A stretch of DNA of 63,890 bases, the filler included, from Hyphochytrium catenoides (lineage: Eukaryota; Protista; Hyphochytriomycota): NCBI GenBank assembly GCA_900088475.1. It is 11 parts of 11 records of this genome, joined end to end, with 100 filler letters (N's around TTAATTAATTAA, not from the genome) between each part and the next. Parts side by side here need not be neighbours in the genome. Positions count along the whole stretch, not along the records: positions 9,801 to 11,454 come from FLMG01002517.1; positions 11,555 to 33,543 come from FLMG01002655.1; 9 more parts are not named here. One strand, 5' to 3'. The notes beneath the pieces were generated by a model that was given only the letters and a program-made list of their open reading frames with translations, was not told the DNA's origin and did not search any database. Position 1 is the first letter of the stretch. Every line of letters begins with the position of its first letter. Shown here piece after piece: positions 11,396 through 24,052 of this stretch. The translations under genes and the position numbers were made by a program.

Positions 11396-13615
11396 GTGAG
11401 AGACAGAGCCGAAAGAAAGAGGTACCAGGAGCATCAGAATTAGAAAAGAAGAGANNNNNNNNNNNNNNNNNNNNNNNNNNNNNNNNNNNNNNNNNNNNTT
11501 AATTAATTAANNNNNNNNNNNNNNNNNNNNNNNNNNNNNNNNNNNNNNNNNNNNGTGTGCGGAATTGGGAGCGCTCAATTTTCGCGTTCTTGTACTGTAG
11601 AGCTAATTATTTACTAGGAGGGCCATCTCCGGTGGTTGTGCGCACGCAGTCTAGTGATCAAACTACGAGATGATTGCAATGTGAATTCTAGAGATTCTTC
11701 ATCTTTCTTCCTTCCTTTCTGTCGCCAGCAGGTTGTTGCTGCTGCTCTAAAGAGTTCGTCACAGCGACTTCACTTCTTCTCATCGTCAACCGCCACCATC
11801 GCCTATTGTGTGTGGATGCTGCTGCTGCATTTCATTCCGGGTAGGCACACGCTATCGCCGCGCCGCGAGGAAGTTAGATGATGATGATGGATATAGTTGC
11901 CCGGTTCATCGCGAGGATCTCCGCGGCACCTCCACAACAGCGGGGGCACAAGCCTGATGGTGCTCACGGGCGTGTTAAGGTTCGTCGGCCCCCTTGCCTT
12001 CCCTAGACTTTCCATTTAGGGAAGGTGCCTTGCCAGGTGGTGGCGGTAGTACAACTAAGTGGAATAAGGAAGCAAACATGCTGTTTCTTTGTCTGCTGTG
12101 AAGCCCCAGAGGGCTGTAGGGCGCAGGTTTCGACTTCAAATGACACAAACATCATGATTAGGAGAAAGAGAGTCAGCAGATCATCTCCTTCGCTGCTACG
12201 CCCTCATTATTTACTTTCCTTCGTGACGACAATGGGGTTGCTCGATTCAGAGTTTTATCTATTGTTCAATATCGCCTCGTTTCAGCCACGTCGCCCTGCC
12301 AAGGACTGGTATTATAGCGTTAATCAGGCCGTAGTTGATCTCAGTCACTCTTGAGCTCGCTAAGCATTTGATGATCTCAAGAGACGAACTCTATCTGTTT
12401 AGATTACAGTCTCCTCGCTTAGTAGTAAGGCCCGGCATGGCCATTTCTTGGAGCTTGTCAGCTTGCTCTTTTTACCGTTGCTATATACAAGGTCTCTTCC
12501 AAAACTGTTGCTGCAGATGCCGCCGTCATGTCTGCACAGAAAGGTCGCCTTAATGTCGTTCAATGGCTTTGATGAAGATCCGTGGAAGCAAGAAGCAGCT
12601 CTGAGGAGGTCATGGAACCTCGCAAAGCAGGAGAGGGACTTGGTGTTGCTAAAGGAAATGGCTCTTCACTGGTGGAGAAAATGAAGGGTCGAACTGCTTT
12701 CTTTGCTGGAGGCAGCAAGACGGAGTGGCCGCCTGGAGGCTTTGCAGTTCTTTCTTGATTATTTCTTCGACTCTTCACTCCTCAAAGGCCCGTCTCTGAT
12801 TGAGAAAGGATAGTATCTACATGCCATAGATAGCACAACCAAAGCTGGGAATCTGCTTTGTCGAGGCTGCAAAGCAAGGGGATCTTACTTCACATTCGCG
12901 CGCAGCACTTTCACAGCCTGCGGCAACCTGAAGGACTTCGGGCTACATAGTTACGCCGAGCCTGTCCTTTGTGCTCATAGCGCCGCAAGGGCCACACGAA
13001 CGTCAGAGAGTGGATACTGCAGAACTATTCCTCCTCCTTTGGCAAGTTCGAGGAAAAGTTAATGGCTCTACAGGGCCTAAAGGGTTTTCTTAGGGGATAA
13101 GGGCGCTACTATGCGTCCTGCTTACCGACGTATCTGAGGCAAGGGTGGAGAGGCAAAGAGAGGAACTCTGGGAGCTTATCAGGGCTCATTGACTAATAAA
13201 CGTTATTTGACAAGGGAGACTGCCCTTGCGGGGAGCAGCTTTCTCTTTCTCATATTTAGCTCTTTGTCCTTGTCCCTCTTTCTCCTCTAAGAATAGCTCA
13301 CGTATGGCACATCCTGCTCTTTCTCTCACTTATCCCAGCGCTACCAATGGCTCCTTGTCTTCATAGCACTACTTCTGTCTCTCCTTCCGCCCATTCTACT
13401 TTGATAACCCGGAAAGACAGGATCTCCGCCGGGTCATCTCTCTGGCAGCCTTTTGTTTCTCTCCTAGGTGTTCTGGCCTGCATAGGATAATACACAGAAG
13501 AACGAGCGCTAGCTAGAAGTCTCGTCTTCTTCCTGTCCTCCCACCAGCCGCAAGCTCTGCCTCTTGCTTCCCCCTCCTCCAGCAGCCGCACTCAGTTCTT
13601 TCCTAGGGTTGTGCT

Positions 13616-13990
13616 CTATCTCTTTCCTTCCCTGGCCTGTTTGTCCCTAACAGCTTCCCCTCTTGCTCCTGGGGCATCCGCGTAGGCTTGCTCTCCTGGC
13701 TTCTCTCCTCGCATTCTTTGTGTCAGATGCCTTGCCAGTGTCCTTTGCTCTGTCGTTGTAGGTAGAGCGGCCATCTCTGTTCGGTGCTTGACAAAGTCTT
13801 TGCTCCTCTCATTATCAGAGTAGTAAAGAGGGTCTTCTCGCTCTTTCTTGTCTACCAGGACCCCCGGAGCCCTTGTCAGATACCTCCAGCCTACGTATCC
13901 TCCCACGGCCGCCGTTGCAGCCGTCAGCATGAGATTGGGCCAGGAGCCACGGTCTAAGATCCAGGGCTTGATAGCGCTACCAGCTCTCAT
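13616..13990 (-). CDS. B12D/NDUFA4 (COXFA4/MLRQ)-like small mitochondrial membrane protein, single exon
   Basis: PWILDRGSWPNLMLTAATAAVGGYVGWRYLTRAPGVLVDKKER follows the family pattern W-x-D/E-xx-(Y/W)P, then a TM helix, then R-xx-xx-P-x-V-xx-K-xx-R. The ORF is a clean ATG to TAG. Confidence 0.7.
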   Translation of the reverse strand: MRAGSAIKPWILDRGSWPNLMLTAATAAVGGYVGWRYLTRAPGVLVDKKEREDPLYYSDNERSKDFVKHRTEMAALPTTTEQRTLARHLTQRMRGEKPGEQAYADAPGARGEAVRDKQAREGKR

Positions 13991-16117
13991 CCTTCCTCAG
14001 CGTTTAAAGAGCACCTAGTTATTCAATTCGTTTCTCTGTCTCTTGGTGGGAAGCTCAATACAGTGCGACGTTATAACAAAGCAGCGATGACTGACTATTG
14101 CTCGCCGTCGAAGTTTCTGTTCTGATGACAGGGAAGAATGCAGATGAAGCTGAGCGCAGGAAGAGGTTACAACTAAGGAAGCTTGTGCTGTCCTCCAGCC
14201 AGGAGGTTAAGGAAGCCTCTTATAGAGTCTAAGTCACGGGGCTGTTGTTGGAAGGGAGAAAGGAAGAGAGAGTTCATAAGGTTCGCCTTAGAGAAGAGGC
14301 TGACGCACACGAAGCAAGGGAGAGTTCTTAGTAACCTAAGAGCCCTCGTTCTCCAAACTCTCTTATCTTTCGAGAAGGGAAGGCAATTGAGCAGTAGCTT
14401 TTTAGGTCTGGGGAGAGAGGGGGAAGAGAGAGGTCAATGGAGAGAGGAGAGAGAGAGAAGAGGCAGTGTTGAGGAGGAAATAGCCAGAAAGCTTCTGCGG
14501 TGCAAGGATTTAATGTTCGGAAGAAGACATGGCTCCCTCCTCCATGAGCTCCCCCATGTCATGCTTCAATAGCCTTATAAAGCCTATCTACCCCCAATCC
14601 TCCTTTTACTTCCCGATTCTTCTGGACGGAACTGGAACGTCCAACCGTTTTCTCCTCTGCGCACAAGAAGAGCTCAACTCTCTACAGCCTCTTGAGACCG
14701 AGAGATGCTACTACTACGAGTACTAGCAGACTGTTCTGATAGACTGGGTCATCGTCACTGAGGACAATCGTCATCGCCCTGAAGGTGCCCTTCTTCCTCA
14801 GCTCGCCTTGTTCGCTCTCCTCCTGATGATGATGACACGCACCGCCTCCCTCCCTTTCTTCCTCTCTCGCACAGCTGGGCCCCAGCTGTTCATGGTTGGT
14901 AAACTCAGTTAGAAGAGACGGTAGCAACCATTATTTCCGTCTGCTTCTTGCTGCTTCGCTGCAGTTGATGAGCTGCTTGTCTGTCTACTACCTTGACTAC
15001 GGGCACACAGCCACGATTTGAAGGAACAGATGTTGGCCATGTAAACGTCATAAATCTTAGGAAAACCTACTGTAAGGTAGAAGGCCCAAGGGCTGATGCA
15101 TGACAGTGAGATATTGGTGCTGACGCTGCCATCCTCCTATCTCCAACAGCTTATCTTCATTCTTCTTGGACCCTTCCTCGTCCTCCTCCTGCTTCTCTCC
15201 TTTCTCAGCTTCTCCCTCTTCTTTCCTACCCCAAGTTCCTCGCAAGGTCTCTGCATCCCTTGTTCTCCCTGCTGCCTGTCCACCTTTCCCTATTCTTCCT
15301 CTCTCCTTTCTAACTAACGCTCAGCAGCCAGACGGCAGCAGGCAAGCAAGAGAGGTGCAGTGCTTACTGCTCATCGATGACAGAGCACCAATTAAGAAGG
15401 CGAGGTCCTGTTATTATCTTAGGGAATTCAGACAGCGATGAGCACGCAACGCCCGCCGCTGCCGCTGCGTTTCTCTCATCATTTCCATTGTGGACTGTTC
15501 CTAATCTTTACCGCTAACGGCTTTCAAGTCTTCACAGTGTTTGCAAGGCTCGGGTAAGGATCCGGGACAGAGGCTCGGGCCCTTTATTCGAGTACTGTAC
15601 CCGAGACTATTTGATTCTCTCAACCCAGCTGTGGGAGTACCGAATTCTCCCAAGAAGTGTAGCCGAAATTCTGAAGCTTTCTAGTTTTCGCAAAATCCAA
15701 TAAAAGATCTCCGTGAATCTGTATGAAGAACGTAATCTCTATAATGTAAAAGCTCCCTTAGGATTCTGCGACATTCTTAGACTTGTGAAAGAGGGGACCT
15801 CACAGAATAACGGTGGATGCGTCATTGGTGTTGAAAGAGCTGTAAGCATACTATCCTATACGACTCGAGTGATTTGTCCGACATAAAACCCGTTCCTGCG
15901 GGGAAGTCAGTTTCAACGTGCGCGGCCGCCTTGGCTTCGAGAGGGCGATCCTAGTTCATAGTGCGATAGAGACAAACCAATCGCATCTTTTCTGTGCGGT
16001 ACTGAGCCAGGAATTTGCGAGTGGTGCTGACGCGAAGCCATAGCCTCTACTGCACATGGCAGCGTGAACTGTCTTACGGCTACGATTCGATAGAGCTTTA
16101 GGAAAAGCATCTACACC

Positions 16118-18926
16118 ATGGCGGACTATCTGAGCGAGATTCAGCAGGTAGACAACCCTGACTTGTTGAGCATTTGGGCTAAGAGGTTAAGTCTCATATT
16201 ATCCTATCTCAAGACACTCTTCAGCTGTCCTCCTCTCGATCTTCATGGCTGGTTTGCTTTGCCATAAATCTCTTATCTGGATCTTGGACGACGCACGCAT
16301 TAGTCTAATGCAGCTCTCTTTCACGTACATGATGGCCGTCATTCCTTCTCTAGGTTGATGAGATTCATGATCAGCAAGCAAAGATCCTTCAGTATAAGGG
16401 CCTCATCGACCGATTCTCAGCCACCGGCAATGTAGAGGGGGCAAAGGCTCTCGTGGAGAGGAGTAAGTATCACGTTCTTCTCTAAGGTCTAATGCTCTTC
16501 GGTCCGCTTCCTCGCCCTTATGTCTTTGATTTAGGCTCTTGATCGCTCGATTTGCACGCCATCTCTTGGTCAGCGAAGATATTAACTGTAATCGGCTGCT
16601 CTTCCTGGCTATTGCCGCGCCTCTTACCTGCATCTTTCTCTCTCAGTCTTTGCTGAGGATGTGTCGCTTGTGGTCTCTCGAGCGGTAAGTACGCGACTGT
16701 TTGACAGCGGAGGCCACTTGCTTCGGGCTCTATGTCTCCTCTCTTGCACTCTTGATGTAGCTGCTCCTGCTCCATCTAGAGTCGCTCTTCAGCAGGTGCT
16801 CCTTGTATCCTTGAAATTGATCCTTGAGACTGATGAGTTCTTGCCAGTTCTTGGATCCCAGACGCTGCCCTCGGCACTGACTTGTCTTCCTCTTTACATA
16901 TATTCAGCACTGGTTCTCTCTGCGCTTTCTGCTTTGCCGCCCCTTCTCTCTTATTGCTTTTGCCAGGTGCTAATGCACTTAGCAGTGGTCACTGCCGCTG
17001 ATGGCGGCTTCCAATCTGAGGAGAAGCAGAGAGAAGTTATCGAGTTCTCCATACAGCGGACTCCATCTGGCATTATCTCTTACGATGAACCTGTGGGTAT
17101 TACCGATCTTGCTCTTTTCCCTTCTAGCCTCTTTCTCTCTCACTCACTCTCTCTCTCTCGGTTCACTATGAGAGGTCATGTTGGACATTGTTTCTTTGAA
17201 CTGAGTCTATTGTGTCAGGCTAGGAAGGCGAGAAGAGGGTCAATCTTTTTTTCAGAGCCATTAGTGCCCTGCACTTTCTCTAAACCTTTGGCACTATAGT
17301 CTTTTCCGTTGCTGTTTCCTCTCTCTGCAAGTCGAATGAAGCTCTAGCGCTGTGCTCATGCTAAGCCGTCCTCTGATGACCTGGCACTAGGGCTATTCTC
17401 ATCATCCTCTCCTTTCTCCTCTTGCCGACTAATCTCTTGGATAGGATGCCCTGCTCAGAGAGAAACTGGCGCAGATTCACATTGACGAGCAAGAGTACGT
17501 TCAAGCGGCACGAGTGCTCGCCAATATTAACTTAGAGACGAGCACAAAGGCTTACACGGATGAGGAAAAAGCTCAAAAGTTCGTCACAATCGGAGAGCTG
17601 TACCTACAGGAAGACGACACAGTGAACGCTGAAATATTTATCAATCGCGCAGCTAGAATCATCCATGAAGTGAAAGACTGGGCCCTGCAGCTGAGATTCA
17701 AGGTGAGAGACAAAGAAAGAGAAGATGCGAAGCCTGACAGAAAAGAGAGAGAAAATGGAAGAAGAGGAGTTGCAGAGGCAGCGAGAGCAAAACAATTCAA
17801 CATTGAGCTCATAGGCAAGAGGCTAACTCTGTCTTTCTCTCTTTCCTTGTCCCGTCGATGCTTGACAGGTGTCTTATGCCCGCATTTTAGATTCAAAGCT
17901 CAAGTTCTTAGATGCAGCTATCCGGTACTACGACCTCTCCCAGGCAGACTCGCAGAACATCGTACAGGAAGACCTATTGCAGCTGCTATCGAAAGCCGTC
18001 ACCTGCGCTATTCTGGCCTCTGCTGGTCCTCAGCGCTCAAGAGTGCTGGGCACACTCTACAAGGACGAGCGAACAAAGACTCTAGAGCACGCTGCAGTGC
18101 TAGAGAAGATGTTTACGGAGAAGTTGCTGCGGAAGGAGGAGATCCAGAACTTCTCGCTCTCTCTTATGCCCCATCAAAAGGCAGTCCTAGGGAATGGCTT
18201 CACTGTGCTGGAGCAGGCCGCGCTCGAGCATAATATGTTGGCGGCAAGCAAGGTAATGCACATATTATGCTGGCGGCAATGCACCATATGCTGGCGGCAA
18301 GGAAAGGCCGAGCTTGTCGTTGCTCTACAAGCCCATTGCCTTTTTGCCTTTCTTTGCTCTCCGCGCTCACCGCTCTCTCTCTCTGCGTTCAGGTAGTTGG
18401 TGTTTGCCACCTCTCTACTGCCTTGCTGAGCTCTTTCTGACCTTTCGCTGTCTCCTCACCCCATTCTGCGGCGTCCCGCTGCCTCTTTCTCTCTCTCTCT
18501 CGTTGAAGGTGTACACTATCATCCACTTCGACCAGCTAGGCACTCTCCTGGAGATAGATGCAGGAAAGGCGGAGAAGGTGGCGGCGCGGATGATCTCTGA
18601 GGAGCGAATGAAGGCGAAGATTGACCAGATTGAGGGGCTCCTTCTATTCGAAGATGAGTCAGAGATGCTTCAGGTAGAATATCCATTATCCCTTTGCCCT
18701 TTCCCACTCTTCCCCAATCTCTTCGTTTCTTAAGCAGCTGACGGTGCTATCGGGCTCCGTTTTCATCCTAAGAGTCGCTTTTGCTCTGGATAGCTTCACT
18801 AGCGACGACCTCTAGTTCCCATGATCTGACATTCTTGCCACGCGCTAGAGCTGGGACCAGCAAATCAATGACCTTTGTCTTGAACTCAATAGCGCAGTGG
18901 AGAACATTACGAAGGTGCAGGGCTGA
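16118..18926 (+). CDS. COPS4: COP9 signalosome subunit 4 (PCI domain), 8 exons
   Basis: Spliced product: MADYLSEIQQ|VDEIHDQQAKILQYKGLI..|FAEDVSLVVSRA|VLMHL..SYDEP|DALLREKLA..DWALQLRFK|VSYARILDSKLKFLDAAIRYY..CAILASAGPQRSRVLGTLYKDER..EHNMLAASK|VYTIIHFDQLGTLLEID..IDQIEGLLLFED|SWDQQINDLC... All introns are GT-AG and phase-consistent. Confidence 0.96.
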
Positions 18927-19153
18927 GAGGATTGCCCATAAATAAATAAAGGTCAAAACATGAGAGAGAACAGGACATTTCTCTCTCTCTCCTTCTGCCC
19001 TCCCTCTCTCTCCCTTGGCGGCTTCCCTTTTTTTGCTCGTCTTGCGTGTCTACCTTTCTTCTTCTTTCTTCTTCCCGTAGACTAGCCCCTTTCTCCTCTT
19101 CCCCGTTGCTTAGTCGTGCTGGACGAGGAAGATGGGGGTCTGCAGTCTTCTCT

Positions 19154-20902
19154 CTATGAGTCCGCGAGAGATAGAGCTTGAGCTACACCTTCAGCGTCAG
19201 GCTTCGCAGCGACAGCGTCACAGCGGCCAAGTGAGGAGGTCTCCAGAGCCGCCTTAGTAGTCTTCCCTACTTGACAGATCGGTCAGAGCGTGGGCCAAGC
19301 AAGCCAGGTGGGGATAAAGATCCAGAGGAGAGCACTGAGAAGTGGCAACGCTGAGTGAAAGCGTGGGAGAGAGCCAGAGCCGATCGGGAAAGACAGAGAG
19401 AGATAAAGGTGATAACATCAGGGAGATGATGGACCTCACTCGCCAGTCAAAGAGAGAGAGAGAGAGAAAGACGCTGACAAGAAGAGCGAGGCTCAATAGG
19501 TGTCCTACCTATGGCAGCTACCCTTATGAAGGTCCAAGGTAAGTCTTTCACCTTCTCCAGCGCTGTGGAGACACCGCTGGGACTGAAGAAGACAGCCCAG
19601 AGAGGGAGAGAGAGACAAGTGGCTTCTCTCTCTCCTCCTAAGCTAATCGCCGGGCATGAGATCTTCTCACTCCGATAGACCTCAAGCTCGGTCAAGGGCT
19701 CTCCTCTCTCTTTAAAGAAAAGAGGTATCACTTCTCTGCTTTTGTCTCCTTTCAAAAAGAGAAGAGGTCTTCCTTCTCCTTTGTGATTCTTCGCTAAGAA
19801 CTTTACCAGTTCATCTGCGTTGCCGGCCTCTTCTCCCTTTAACGTCGACCCTATCGCGCGAAGAGGCTTGCCAGTCGCTCTAAAGCACAAACCGAGCCGA
19901 GTGAGTGGGTGGAAAGGTTGAGAGAGAGGCCACCACGAAAGAGAGAGAGAGAAAGGGCGATGTCAGAGCGTTCATACGATCATGAAACAGACAGACAGAG
20001 AGAAAACAAAGAGAGAGAAAGAGAGAGAGAGAGGCAGGCAGAGAGAGAGAGAGGGAGGCAGAGAGAAGGTGACACGCAGAGGGGAGGGAAACAGTCTTAA
20101 GCTAGCGAGCGAAAGACATATGCGCCTTACCTCCCCACAGCGTACACCGGAAGAAGAGAGAGAATGCTCTCTCTCTTTCCATCCGTTAGCTGCTGAAGGG
20201 CATTCACTAGAGCCTCTGAGGCCCGGGGGCTCGTCACAATGAAGCCAGAATAAGAAGCAAAGTTGCTCAAGGCCTTAGAAAGAGTGGAGTCAGTCCTTCG
20301 AGACCAAAAAAAAACGACGGACAGAGAGATGAAGCAGTGCAGGAATAGGTCTGGCAAAGATGTTGGCATTGAGAAAAGAGAGAGAGAGACAAAGAAGAGA
20401 TAAGAAAGACAGAAGGAAGAAAGAAGGCAAACAGAGAGAAGTAAATTGAAGAAAGAGAGAGAGAGAGAAGAAACCCGAGACAGAATGAAAGAGATACAGT
20501 CAGAGGACGAGAGACTCAGAGAGAGAGAGAAGGGTGCCCTCAATAGCGAGCCAGATGTTAAACTTTGTCTCGGACCTCTCGAAGAAGATCCTGATTCACA
20601 TACTTGAAGCTAAGCAGAGGACAGAAGCTGGAGTCATAGCTACGCGCCGCCAAGGCCCGCCTGCAACTCTAGCGGTCAAAGACAAGCCTGCCCACTGCAG
20701 CAATGTACAGCTTGGGCTGCGAGACTCACCTGTAAGCATCATCCTCGTCTTTAAACAGCAGTATGTGCCGACCAGAAAGCCCTAAGAATGACTGAATCCT
20801 CTGTGACACCCTCCAAAGACATGGAGTATGGGCAGCTCTGGGCTGAATATGGTGGAGCACTTGACCCAGTAGCAGTCCATAAGAGGGTGGTGCTTCCCAC
20901 AT
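19154..20902 (-). CDS. UROS: Uroporphyrinogen-III synthase (HemD/UROS), 5 exons; start codon uncertain
   Basis: Spliced product: ILLFKDEDDAYR|RALAARSYDSSFCPLLSFKYVNQDLLRE|ALSNFASYSGFIVTSPRASEA..VYAVGR|ATG..GEEAGNADEL..LLFLKGDKSREVIP..LEVY..VFFSPSGV..VAAIG|KTTKAALE..AAKPDAEGVAQAL*. It contains the TSPRA, VG-AT, FFSPSGV and AIG-TT motifs. Confidence 0.93.
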
Positions 20903-21977
20903 CAGTGCAGCGTAGTGCTTCTTCCTTGATCTAGCGCCAGTAGGCCATTGTCCGCCTAGCTCTTGGCGATGGCGATGACGGTGGTGGAGTTCAGAGAATC
21001 CAATAATCTTCAACTAAAGAAGTTGGCAAGGGGTCAAAAAGCTTCAGATCTCTGCCGCTTCCCATCAGAATCCACCTTCATTTTGACTGTATATTTGACA
21101 GAAAGCGTTTCTTACAATGATAACCTACAACTGTCAAATTTGGCCATACAAACACCTAGACCAGAATCTCGCAATTGTGGAAAACTGCCAAAATAGGTTG
21201 AAGTTGTGAATTATAGCCACAATAATGGGTTTTATTGGCTTGTCAAGAAAGAGACAAGGCACCGTGAGGAAGGCCGATGGCGATGATCAGCACGGAAAAA
21301 TGGCAATGAATGATCTTCAAATGACGTTGAGGAACACCTTACAAGTCCGACTGGGTCAATGTGACCACCAGGAGAGATAGAAAGAGACAGATGGTTCGTA
21401 GATGAAGCAGCAGGTTGAGACCTAAACAGATCATTTGAGCATCTAGAGGAAGGGTGAACGGGGCTTTATGGTCTTCCTTTGTACTCCATGCTAGCAGGCC
21501 TTGGAGGACATGCTATAGATGAATCCGCAACTTGAGTTTCTAACAGCCAGCAGAGTAGCAGGAAGCGAGGAGAGAACAAGCGGTTCCAGTTCTGTAAGGC
21601 ATAAGCAGGGATAGCTACGTGCTCGTCTCTCTTGGCATTCATAGACCATGCCTAGGCCACCTTGTCGACTAACAGAACGAGTGTTATGGCAAACTAATAG
21701 GAGAAAGTTGAGATACGTGGCGAGAGAGAGAGAGAGAGAGAGAGAAAGATTCTTCGGAAATTGCGGTGACGTCTTTCCCTCAGCCTCTGGGCTGTGGTTT
21801 CTGTCTTTAATGACTTTGTGCTCTTTGTTCTTCTGTTTGACTGCAAGTCTCTCTCTTTCCTATGGCAAGGGCCGCTTATCATAGCCAAAGGTTGGCCCAA
21901 AAATAAATAACGCCTCATTCTCTCCCTAAGCAGAGAGTTAGATTTTTCGATGGCGAGAGAGAGAGAGAGAGCGTATC

Positions 21978-22501
21978 TTACAGAGCAGAGCTTCTCCTCT
22001 CTCTNNNNNNNNNNNNNNNNNNNNNNNNNNNNNNNNNCTCCATAATCTTTAGCATGTCTTTCGTCTCCCCTTCGTATTTTGACACGAGGAACTTCTCAGC
22101 CTGCCAGGGGCGAGGGTGAAGTTCAATTGCCGGGCAAATATTGGTCTAATGAATCTAAGATAGAGAGAAAGAGAAAGAGAGAAACCAACACGCAACTTTC
22201 AGAATAAAGAGAGAAAAGAGAGACAGAGAGAGCGAGAGAGGAAGAGAGAGAAGAGAGTGAGACAGAGAGCAAATGATTATAGCTGCGAGAAGGACGCTGG
22301 GGCAGGACATGGAAAGGCAGCAAGAGACTTCAGTTGAGTAGCCAAGACCCGTCAGTTAGGGAGCGCCTTACCATTGTTCGTAGGGGACCCACAAAGGCAT
22401 CACCTACTTTTACGTGGCCTCTCTGTTCGAAAAGAGTCCTAGATAGGAAGGCGTTAGAGGTAGGGAGACAGATAGCCAACACTCAGCGGGAGAGAGAAAG
22501 A

Positions 22502-22547
<46 letters not shown>

Positions 22548-24014
22548 CTTTTGCAGCCATATCGGTCAGTATGCTCTTGAAAGACCGGGAGAAAGAGATG
22601 CAGCCAAACCCGGCGATGCGGTCAGAAGGAAGGAAAGACAGTAGCTCTAGCCCGTAAAAGGGAAGAACTCGGGAGAGAGAAAGAGTGAGGCGAGACAGAG
22701 ACAACACTGCTATGACAGGAGACAGTCAGCTCTCTCAGAAAACAAGGTCCCTACCAGCTGGGATGGTTGGGATGCTGGCGGTAGACAGCCAGGCCAGTAA
22801 AGCAGCCCAAATGCACCAAACTCGTATTACTGCCGATCTGGTACATAATCTATGAGAGAGGACATAAGCAAGAGGTTAGGAGACAGCTGCCATCACGATG
22901 CCGTACAAGCTGGACGAATGTATCTAGCGTATGTGGAGAAGAAAGACGGGAGAGAGAGACGGGAGAGAAAGAGACAGAGAGGAGAGGGGGAAAGAGAAGA
23001 AGAGAGAGAGGCAGAGAGATAGAAAGAGGCTGCCCAACGGAAGGAGGAGAGACCAAAGGCAAGCTCTTTAGAGAGGATTGCCATATCTCTTAGTGGCCGT
23101 CCCGGGACAAAGAGGGTAGTCGAAGGAAGGGAAATGTGGCGTGAGAGCGAAGTGAGAATGAGAACAGAGAAGGGGAAAAGAGAGAGAGAGTGCGAAACAG
23201 AAAGAGAGAGAAAGAGAAAACAAGAGACCCTGACCTTCTGCCGGAAGTCAATGACAGACTCCTCCTTGAAGATAATGAACTCATCCGGAACGACGCGCTT
23301 TAACAGATAGGGGGTATTCNNNNNNNNNNNNNNNNNNNNNNNNNNNNNNNNNNGAGAGAGAGAGAGACAAAGAGAGAGAGAGAGAGACAAAGAGAGAGAG
23401 ACAAAGAGGAAGAGAGAGAGAGGAAGAGACAGAGAGGAAGAGACAGAGAAGAAGAGACAGAGAGAGAGAAAGAGACAGAGAGAGAGAAAGAGACAGAGAG
23501 AGAGAGAGTCGCGAAGAAGAAAGAGAGAGAGAGAGAGAAAGGAATAAGGGTGCTCAAAAGTCACAGAAAAGCATGTCGCTCTTGACAGACCTAGACTTCA
23601 TCTCTCGGATCCTCTTGACGCACTGCCACTCAGGATACTCTTCTACGGTCTTAGTACGGATCTCCACCAAGTTTGGAGATAGGTTGTCTAGAGAGAAAGA
23701 AGGTACATAAGCCACTTCGTTTTTCCCTTCTCTCTACGTTTCTCTCTTTCTCTTCCGCTGTCCCTCTCTCTATCCCTGTCTTCTCTCCTGCCTCTCTTCT
23801 CTCTCTCCTCTTTTACTTCCGTGTCTCAAAAAGAATCGTACCAGGTAGAGGCTCAATATGTCGTCTAAAGTGCACATCAATGACCTACAGAGACACCAAC
23901 AACCGTATGAGAGAAAGAGAGACGATTAGCACTTCAAAGAGAAGCAAGGAAGAGAGCGCCACTTCGGTGTGCATCTGAAGATCAATGGGTTCTGCGCATA
24001 GAGAGAGAGACAGG

Positions 24015-24052
<38 letters not shown>

